From Eledone cirrhosa (taxonomy: Eukaryota): a stretch of 64,000 nucleotides of DNA. Location: positions 38,502,001 through 38,566,000 of the forward strand of contig OZ024750.1 in assembly GCA_964016885.1 (NCBI GenBank), read 5' to 3'. Position numbers and translations under genes: made by a program. A model generated the notes under the pieces. That model saw only the letters and a list, made by a program, of their open reading frames with translations, did no database searches and was not told where the DNA came from. Numbering within the stretch: the stretch's first letter is position 1; each line of letters starts with the position of its first letter. Positions 52,744 through 64,000 of this stretch are shown here, in pieces.

Positions 52744-55700
52744 TTGTGTACATGCTACATTTAATACAGTCTCTTGTGTACATCCTACATTTAATACAGT
52801 CTCTTGTGTACATCCTACATTTAATACAGTCTCTTGTGTACATCCTACATTTAATACAGTCTCTTGTGTACATCCTACATTTAATACAGTCTCTTGTGTA
52901 CATCCTACATTTAATACAGTCTCTTGTGTACATCCTACATTTAATACAGTCTCTTGTGTACATCCTACATTTAATACAGCCTCTTGTGTACATCCTACAT
53001 TTAATACAGTCTCTTGTGTACATCCTACATTTAATACAGTCTCTTGTGTACATCCTACATTTAATACAGTCTCTTGTGTACATCCTACATTTAATACAGT
53101 CTCTTGTGTACATCCTACATTTAATACAGTCTCTTGTGTACATCCTACATTTAATACAGTCTCTTGTGTACATCCTACATTTAATACAGTCTCTTGTGTA
53201 CATCCTACATTTAATACAGTCTCTTGTGTACATCCTACATTTAATACAGTCTCTTGTGTACATCCTACATTTAATACAGTCTCTTGTGTAAATCCTACAT
53301 TTAATACAGTCTCTTGTGTACATCCTACATTTAATACAGTCTCTTGTGTACATCCTATATTTAATACAGTCTCTTGTGTACATCCTACATTTAATACAGT
53401 CTCTTGTGTACATCCTACATTTAATACAGTCACTTGTGTACATTCTACATTTAATACAGTCTCTTGTGTACATCCTACATTTAATACAGTCTCTTGTGTA
53501 CATCCTACATTTAATACAGTCTCTGGTGTACATCCTACATTTAATACAGTCTCTTGTGTACATCCTACATTTAATACAGTCTCTTGTGTACATCCTACAT
53601 TTAATACAGTCTCTTGTGTACATCCTACATTTAATACAGTCTCTTGTGTACATCCTACATTTAATACAGTCTCTTGTGTACATCCTACATTTAATACAGT
53701 CTCTTGTGTACATCCTACATTTAATACAGTCTCTTGTGTACATCCTACATTTAATACAGTCTCTTGTGTACATCCTACATTTAATACAGTCTCTTGTGTA
53801 CATCCTACATTTAATACAGTCTCTTGTGTACATCCTACATTTAATACAGTCTCTTGTGTACATCCTACATTTAATACAGTCTCTTGTGTACATCCTACAT
53901 TTAATACAGTCTCTTGTGTACATCCTACATTTAATACAGTCTCTTGTGTACATCCTACATTTAATACAGTCTCTGGTGTACATCCTACATTTAATACAGT
54001 CTCTTGTGTACATCCTACATTTAATACAGTCTCTTGTGTACATCCTACATTTAATACAGTCTCTTGTGTACATCCTACATTTAATACAGTCTCTTGTGTA
54101 CATCCTACATTTAATACAGTCTCTTGTGTACATCCTACATTTAATACAGTCTCTTGTGTACATCCTACATTTAATACAGTCTCTTGTGTACATCCTACAT
54201 TTAATACAGTCTCTTGTGTACATCCTACATTTAATACAGTCTCTTGTGTACATCCTACATTTAATACAGTCTCTGGTGTACATCCTACATTTAATACAGT
54301 CTCTTGTGTACATCCTACATTTAATACAGTCTCTTGTGTACATCCTACATTTAATACAGTCTCTTGTGTACATCCTACATTTAATACAGTCTCTTGTGTA
54401 CATCCTACATTTAATACAGTCTCTTGTGTACATCCTACATTTAATACAGTCTCTTGTGTGCATCCTACATTTAATACAGTCTCTTGTGTACATCCTACAT
54501 TTAATACAGTCTCTTGTGTACATCCTACATTTAATACAGTCTCTTGTGTACATCCTACATTTAATACAGAGTCTCTTGTGTACATCCTACATTTAATACA
54601 GTCTCTTGTGTACATCCTACATTTAATATAGTCTCTTGTGTACATCCTACATTTAATACAGTCTCTTGTGTACATCCTACATCTAATACAGTCTCTTGTG
54701 TACATCCTACATTTAATACAGTCTCTTGTGTACATCCTACATTTAATATAGTCTCTTGTGTACATCCTACATTTAATACAGTCTCTTGTGTACATCCTAC
54801 ATTTAATACAGTCTCTTGTGTACATCCTACATTTAATATAGTCTCTTGTGTACATCCTACATTTAATACAGTCTCTGGTGTACATCCTACATTTAATACA
54901 GTCTCTGGTGTACATCCTACATTTAATACAAAGTCTGTTGTGTACATCCTACATTTAATATAGTCTCTGGTGTACATCCTACATTTAATACAGTCTCTTG
55001 TGTACATCCAACATTTAATACAGTCTCTTGTGTACATCCTACATTTAATACAGTCTCTGGTGTACATCCTACATTTAATACAGTCTCTGGTGTACATCCT
55101 ACATTTAATACAGTCTCTGGTGTACATCCTACATTTAATACAGTCTCTGGTGTACATGCTACATTTAATACAGAGTCTCTTGTGTACATCCTACATTTAA
55201 TATAGTCTCTGGTGTACATCCTACATTTAATACAGTCTCTGGTGTACATCCTACATTTAATACAAAGTCTCTTGTGTACATCCTACATTTAATATAGTCT
55301 CTGGTGTACATCCTACATTTAATACAGTCTCTTGTGTACATCCTGCATTTAATACAGAGTCTCTTGTGTACATCCTACATTTAATACCGTCTCTGGTGTA
55401 CATCCTACATTTAATATAGTCTCTTGTGTACATCCTACATTTAATACAGTCTCTGGTGTACATCCTACATTTAATATAGTCTCTTGTGTACATCCTACAT
55501 TTAATACAGTCACTTGTGTACATCCTACATTTAATACAGTCTCTTGTGTACATCCTACATTTAATACAGTCTCTGGTGTACATCCTACATTTAATACAGT
55601 CTCTTGTGTACATCCTACATTTAATACAGTCTCTGGTGTACATCCTACATTTAATACAGTCTCTTGTGTACATCCAACATTTAATACAGTCTCTTGTGTA

Positions 55701-58700
55701 CATCCTACATTTAATACAGTCTCTGGTGTACATCCTACATTTAATACAAAGTCTCTTGTGTACATCCTACATTTAATATAGTCTCTGGTGTACATCCTAC
55801 ATTTAATACAGTCTCTGGTGTACATCCTACATTTAATACAGTCTCTTGTGTACATCCTACATTTAATACAGTCTCTTGTGTACATCCTACATTTAATATA
55901 GTCTCTTGTGTACATCCTACATTTAATACAGTCTCTTGTGTACATCCTACATTTAATACAGAGTCTCTTGTGTACATCCTACATTTAATACAGTCTCTTG
56001 TGTACATCCTACATTTAATACAGTCTCTTGTGTACATCCTACATTTAATACAGTCTCTTGTGTACATCCTACATTTAATACAGTCTCTTGTGTACATCCT
56101 ACATTTAATACAGTCTCTGGTGTACATCCTACATTTAATATAGTCTCTTGTGTACATCCTACATTTAATACAGTCTCTTGTGCACATCCTACATTTAATA
56201 TAGTCTCTTGTGTACATCCTACATTTAATACAGTCTCTTGTGTACATCCTACATTTAATACAGTCTCTTGTGTACATCCTACATTTAATATAGTCTCTTG
56301 TGTACATCCTACATTTAATACAGTCTCTTGTGTACATCCTACATTTAATACAGTCTCTTGTGTACATCCTACATTTAATATAGTCTCTGGTGTACATCCT
56401 ACATTTAATACAGTCTCTTGTGTACATCCTACATTTAATACAGTATCTTGTGTACATCCTACATTTAATATAGTCTCTTGTGTACATCCTACATTTAATA
56501 CAGTCTCTTGTGTACATCCTACATTTAATACAGTCTCTTGTGTACATCCTACATTTAATATAGTCTCTTGTGTACATCCTACATTTAATACAGTCTCTTG
56601 TGTACATCCTACATTTAATACAGTCTCTTGTGTACATCCTACATTTAATATAGTCTCTTGTGTACATCCTACATTTAATACAGTCTCTGGTGTACATCCT
56701 ACATTTAATACAGTCTCTGGTGTACATCCTACATTTAATACAGTCTCTGGTGTACATCCTACATTTAATACAGAGTCTCTTGTGTACATCCTACATTTAA
56801 TATAGTCTCTGGTGTACATCCTACATTTAATACAGTCTCTGGTGTACATCCTACATTTAATACAAAGTCTCTTGTGTACATCCTACATTTAATATAGTCT
56901 CTGGTGTACATCCTACATTTAATACAGTCTCTTGTGTACATCCTGCATTTAATACAGAGTCTCTTGTGTACATCCTACATTTAATACCGTCTCTGGTGTA
57001 CATCCTACATTTAATATAGTCTCTTGTGTACATCCTACATTTAATACAGTCTCTGGTGTACATCCTACATTTAATATAGTCTCTTGTGTACATCCTACAT
57101 TTAATACAGTCACTTGTGTACATCCTACATTTAATACAGTCTCTTGTGTACATCCTACATTTAATACAGTCTCTGGTGTACATCCTACATTTAATACAGT
57201 CTCTTGTGTACATCCTACATTTAATACAGTCTCTGGTGTACATCCTACATTTAATACAGTCTCTTGTGTACATCCAACATTTAATACAGTCTCTTGTGTA
57301 CATCCTACATTTAATACAGTCTCTGGTGTACATCCTACATTTAATACAAAGTCTCTTGTGTACATCCTACATTTAATATAGTCTCTGGTGTACATCCTAC
57401 ATTTAATACAGTCTCTGGTGTACATCCTACATTTAATACAGTCTCTTGTGTACATCCTACATTTAATACAGTCTCTTGTGTACATCCTACATTTAATACA
57501 GTCTCTTGTGTACATCCTACATTTAATACAGTCTCTTGTGTACATCCTACATTTAATACAGTCTCTTGTGTACATCCTACATTTAATACAGTCTCTGGTG
57601 TACATCCTACATTTAATACAGTCTCTTGTGTACATCCTACATTTAATACAGTCTCTTGTGTACATCCTACATTTAATACAGTCTCTGGTGTACATCCTAC
57701 ATTTAATACAGTCTCTTGTGTACATCCTACATTTAATATAGTCTCTTGTGTACATCCTACATTTAATACAGTCTCTTGTGTACATCCTACATTTAATACA
57801 GAGTCTCTTGTGTACATCCTACATTTAATACAGTCTCTTGTGTACATCCTACATTTAATACAGTCTCTTGTGTACATCCTACATTTAATACAGTCTCTTG
57901 TGTACATCCTACATTTAATACAGTCTCTTGTGTACATCCTACATTTAATACAGTCTCTGGTGTACATCCTACATTTAATATAGTCTCTTGTGTACATCCT
58001 ACATTTAATACAGTCTCTTGTGCACATCCTACATTTAATATAGTCTCTTGTGTACATCCTACATTTAATACAGTCTCTTGTGTACATCCTACATTTAATA
58101 CAGTCTCTTGTGTACATTCTACATTTAATATAGTCTCTTGTGTACATCCTACATTTAATACAGTCTCTTGTGTACATCCTACATTTAATACAGTCTCTTG
58201 TGTGCATCCTACATTTAATATAGTCTCTGGTGTACATCCTACATTTAATACAGTCTCTTGTGTACATCCTACATTTAATACAGTCTCTTGTGTACATCCT
58301 ACATTTAATATAGTCTCTTGTGTACATCCTACATTTAATACAGTCTCTTGTGTACATCCTACATTTAATACAGTCTCTTGTGTACATCCTACATTTAATA
58401 TAGTCTCTTGTGTACATCCTACATTTAATACAGTCTCTTGTGTACATCCTACATTTAATACAGTCTCTTGTGTACATCCTACATTTAATATAGTCTCTGG
58501 TGTACATCCTACATTTAATACAGTCTCTTGTGTACATCCTACATTTAATACAGTCTCTTGTGTACATCCTACATTTAATATAGTCTCTGGTGTACATCCT
58601 ACATTTAATACAGTCTCTTGTGTACATCCTACATTTAATATAGTCTCTTGTGTACATCCTACATTTAATAAGTCTCTTGTGTACATCCTACATTTAATAC

Positions 58701-61700
58701 AGTCTCTTGTGTACATCCAACATTTAATACAGTCTCTTGTGTACATCCTACATTTAATACAGTCTCTGGTGTACATCCTACATTTAATACAGTCTCTGGT
58801 GTACATCCTACATTTAATACAGTCTCTGGTGTACATCCTACATTTAATACAGTCTCTGGTGTACATCCTACATTTAATACAGAGTCTCTTGTGTACATCC
58901 TACATTTAATATAGTCTCTGGTGTACATCCTACATTTAATACAGTCTCTGGTGTACATCCTACATTTAATACAAAGTCTCTTGTGTACATCCTACATTTA
59001 ATATAGTCTCTGGTGTACATCCTACATTTAATACAGTCTCTTGTGTACATCCTGCATTTAATACAGAGTCTCTTGTGTACATCCTACATTTAATACCGTC
59101 TCTGGTGTACATCCTACATTTAATATAGTCTCTTGTGTACATCCTACATTTAATACAGTCTCTGGTGTACATCCTACATTTAATATAGTCTCTTGTGTAC
59201 ATCCTACATTTAATACAGTCACTTGTGTACATCCTACATTTAATACAGTCTCTTGTGTACATCCTACATTTAATACAGTCTCTGGTGTACATCCTACATT
59301 TAATACAGTCTCTTGTGTACATCCTACATTTAATACAGTCTCTGGTGTACATCCTACATTTAATACAGTCTCTTGTGTACATCCAACATTTAATACAGTC
59401 TCTTGTGTACATCCTACATTTAATACAGTCTCTGGTGTACATCCTACATTTAATACAAAGTCTCTTGTGTACATCCTACATTTAATATAGTCTCTGGTGT
59501 ACATCCTACATTTAATACAGTCTCTGGTGTACATCCTACATTTAATACAGTCTCTTGTGTACATCCTACATTTAATACAGTCTCTTGTGTACATCCTACA
59601 TTTAATATAGTCTCTTGTGTACATCCTACATTTAATACAGTCTCTTGTGTACATCCTACATTTAATACAGAGTCTCTTGTGTACATCCTACATTTAATAC
59701 AGTCTCTTGTGTACATCCTACATTTAATACAGTCTCTTGTGTACATCCTACATTTAATACAGTCTCTTGTGTACATCCTACATTTAATACAGTCTCTTGT
59801 GTACATCCTACATTTAATATAGTCTCTTGTGTACATCCTACATTTAATACAGTCTCTTGTGTACATCCTACATTTAATACAGTCTCTTGTGTACATCCTA
59901 CATTTAATATAGTCTCTTGTGTACATCCTACATTTAATACAGTCTCTGGTGTACATCCTACATTTAATACAGTCTCTGGTGTACATCCTACATTTAATAC
60001 AAAGTCTGTTGTGTACATCCTACATTTAATATAGTCTCTGGTGTACATCCTACATTTAATACAGTCTCTTGTGTACATCCAACATTTAATACAGTCTCTT
60101 GTGTACATCCTACATTTAATACAGTCTCTGGTGTACATCCTACATTTAATACAGTCTCTGGTGTACATCCTACATTTAATACAGTCTCTGGTGTACATCC
60201 TACATTTAATACAGTCTCTGGTGTACATCCTACATTTAATACAGAGTCTCTTGTGTACATCCTACATTTAATATAGTCTCTGGTGTACATCCTACATTTA
60301 ATACAGTCTCTGGTGTACATCCTACATTTAATACAATGTCTCTTGTGTACATCCTACATTTAATATAGTCTCTGGTGTACATCCTACATTTAATACAGTC
60401 TCTTGTGTACATCCTGCATTTAATACAGAGTCTCTTGTGTACATCCTACATTTAATACCGTCTCTGGTGTACATCCTACATTTAATATAGTCTCTTGTGT
60501 ACATCCTACATTTAATACAGTCTCTGGTGTACATCCTACATTTAATATAGTCTCTTGTGTACATCCTACATTTAATACAGTCACTTGTGTACATCCTACA
60601 TTTAATACAGTCTCTTGTGTACATCCTACATTTAATACAGTCTCTGGTGTACATCCTACATTTAATACAGTCTCTTGTGTACATCCTACATTTAATACAG
60701 TCTCTGGTGTACATCCTACATTTAATACAGTCTCTTGTGTACATCCAACATTTAATACAGTCTCTTGTGTACATCCTACATTTAATACAGTCTCTGGTGT
60801 ACATCCTACATTTAATACAAAGTCTCTTGTGTACATCCTACATTTAATATAGTCTCTGGTGTACATCCTACATTTAATACAGTCTCTGGTGTACATCCTA
60901 CATTTAATACAGTCTCTTGTGTACATCCTACATTTAATACAGTCTCTTGTGTACATCCTACATTTAATATAGTCTCTTGTGTACATCCTACATTTAATAC
61001 AGTCTCTTGTGTACATCCTACATTTAATACAGAGTCTCTTGTGTACATCCTACATTTAATACAGTCTCTTGTGTACATCCTACATTTAATACAGTCTCTT
61101 GTGTACATCCTACATTTAATACAGTCTCTTGTGTACATCCTACATTTAATACAGTCTCTTGTGTACATCCTACATTTAATACAGTCTCTGGTGTACATCC
61201 TACATTTAATATAGTCTCTTGTGTACATCCTACATTTAATACAGTCTCTTGTGCACATCCTACATTTAATATAGTCTCTTGTGTACATCCTACATTTAAT
61301 ACAGTCTCTTGTGTACATCCTACATTTAATACAGTCTCTTGTGTACATCCTACATTTAATATAGTCTCTTGTGTACATCCTACATTTAATACAGTCTCTT
61401 GTGTACATCCTACATTTAATACAGTCTCTTGTGTACATCCTACATTTAATATAGTCTCTTGTGTACATCCTACATTTAATACAGTCTCTTGTGTACATCC
61501 TACATTTAATACAGTCTCTTGTGTACATCCTACATTTAATATAGTCTCTTGTGTACATCCTACATTTAATACAGTCTCTGGTGTACATCCTACATTTAAT
61601 ACAGTCTCTGGTGTACATCCTACATTTAATACAGTCTCTGGTGTACATCTTACATTTAATACAGAGTCTCTTGTGTACATCCTACATTTAATATAGTCTC

Positions 61701-64000
61701 TGGTGTACATCCTACATTTAATACAGTCTCTGGTGTACATCCTACATTTAATACAAAGTCTCTTGTGTACATCCTACATTTAATATAGTCTCTGGTGTAC
61801 ATCCTACATTTAATACAGTCTCTTGTGTACATCCTGCATTTAATACAGAGTCTCTTGTGTACATCCTACATTTAATACCGTCTCTGGTGTACATCCTACA
61901 TTTAATATAGTCTCTTGTGTACATCCTACATTTAATACAGTCTCTGGTGTACATCCTACATTTAATATAGTCTCTTGTGTACATCCTACATTTAATACAG
62001 TCACTTGTGTACATCCTACATTTAATACAGTCTCTTGTGTACATCCTACATTTAATACAGTCTCTGGTGTACATCCTACATTTAATACAGTCTCTTGTGT
62101 ACATCCTACATTTAATACAGTCTCTGGTGTACATCCTACATTTAATACAGTCTCTTGTGTACATCCAACATTTAATACAGTCTCTTGTGTACATCCTACA
62201 TTTAATACAGTCTCTGGTGTACATCCTACATTTAATACAAAGTCTCTTGTGTACATCCTACATTTAATATAGTCTCTGGTGTACATCCTACATTTAATAC
62301 AGTCTCTGGTGTACATCCTACATTTAATACAGTCTCTTGTGTACATCCTACATTTAATACAGTCTCTTGTGTACATCCTACATTTAATACAGTCTCTTGT
62401 GTACATCCTACATTTAATACAGTCTCTTGTGTACATCCTACATTTAATACAGTCTCTTGTGTACATCCTACATTTAATACAGTCTCTGGTGTACATCCTA
62501 CATTTAATACAGTCTCTTGTGTACATCCTACATTTAATACAGTCTCTTGTGTACATCCTACATTTAATACAGTCTCTTGTGTACATCCTACATTTAATAT
62601 AGTCTCTTGTGTACATCCTACATTTAATACAGTCTCTTGTGTACATCCTACATTTAATACAGAGTCTCTTGTGTACATCCTACATTTAATACAGTCTCTT
62701 GTGTACATCCTACATTTAATACAGTCTCTTGTGTACATCCTACATTTAATACAGTCTCTTGTGTACATCCTACATTTAATACAGTCTCTTGTGTACATCC
62801 TACATTTAATACAGTCTCTGGTGTACATCCTACATTTAATATAGTCTCTTGTGTACATCCTACATTTAATACAGTCTCTTGTGCACATCCTACATTTAAT
62901 ATAGTCTCTTGTGTACATCCTACATTTAATACAGTCTCTTGTGTACATCCTACATTTAATACAGTCTCTTGTGTACATTCTACATTTAATATAGTCTCTT
63001 GTGTACATCCTACATTTAATACAGTCTCTTGTGTACATCCTACATTTAATACAGTCTCTTGTGTGCATCCTACATTTAATATAGTCTCTGGTGTACATCC
63101 TACATTTAATACAGTCTCTTGTGTACATCCTACATTTAATACAGTCTCTTGTGTACATCCTACATTTAATATAGTCTCTTGTGTACATCCTACATTTAAT
63201 ACAGTCTCTTGTGTACATCCTACATTTAATACAGTCTCTTGTGTACATCCTACATTTAATATAGTCTCTTGTGTACATCCTACATTTAATACAGTCTCTT
63301 GTGTACATCCTACATTTAATACAGTCTCTTGTGTACATCCTACATTTAATATAGTCTCTGGTGTACATCCTACATTTAATACAGTCTCTTGTGTACATCC
63401 TACATTTAATACAGTCTCTTGTGTACATCCTACATTTAATATAGTCTCTGGTGTACATCCTACATTTAATACAGTCTCTTGTGTACATCCTACATTTAAT
63501 ATAGTCTCTTGTGTACATCCTACATTTAATAAGTCTCTTGTGTACATCCTACATTTAATACAGTCTCTTGTGTACATCCAACATTTAATACAGTCTCTTG
63601 TGTACATCCTACATTTAATACAGTCTCTGGTGTACATCCTACATTTAATACAGTCTCTGGTGTACATCCTACATTTAATACAGTCTCTGGTGTACATCCT
63701 ACATTTAATACAGTCTCTGGTGTACATCCTACATTTAATACAGAGTCTCTTGTGTACATCCTACATTTAATATAGTCTCTGGTGTACATCCTACATTTAA
63801 TACAGTCTCTGGTGTACATCCTACATTTAATACAAAGTCTCTTGTGTACATCCTACATTTAATATAGTCTCTGGTGTACATCCTATATTTAATACAGTCT
63901 CTTGTGTACATCCTGCATTTAATACAGAGTCTCTTGTGTACATCCTACATTTAATACCGTCTCTGGTGTACATCCTACATTTAATATAGTCTCTTGTGTA
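52744..64000. repeat. 30-bp satellite array (ctcttgtgtacatcctacatttaatacagt), >11 kb, running off the window
   Basis: Direct reading; 32-bp and point-variant monomers recur in higher-order blocks. Confidence 0.98.

Noticed and set aside
50966-64000. Very long ORFs (1221 aa, 743 aa and others)
   Set aside because: They are translations of the 17-bp and 30-bp tandem repeats, open in several frames and on both strands.

Overview
Repeat-dense animal genomic DNA. The SINE/RTE repertoire and (TA)n/(CA)n/(CAT)n load resemble Octopus or another coleoid cephalopod (inference). The host genes are a head-to-tail + strand cluster of three intron-containing TSSK-like (testis-specific Ser/Thr kinase) paralogues. 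Gene A shows exons 2-3 (8077-8378, 10606-11082). Gene B is complete (20890-21073, 33788-34089, 36996-37454; 314 aa). Gene C shows only exon 1 (44125-44299). The rest is LINE fragments (RTE, Tx1/L1, R4/Dong-like, CRE-like), a Penelope-like RT+GIY-YIG element, SINEs, hAT and Tc1/mariner MITEs, minisatellites and a >11 kb 30-bp satellite. The most striking unexplained structure is a set of short non-coding fold-back cassettes nested in (TA)n microsatellites (26.5-30.9 kb, 37.9-38.5 kb, 41.4-41.8 kb). They carry minimal type I hammerhead ribozyme motifs with palindromic stem III, some on both strands, and look like non-autonomous Penelope pLTR derivatives. A Tx1-like LINE also appears to insert repeatedly into (TCTA)n. 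Most long ORFs in the track are tandem-repeat artefacts.
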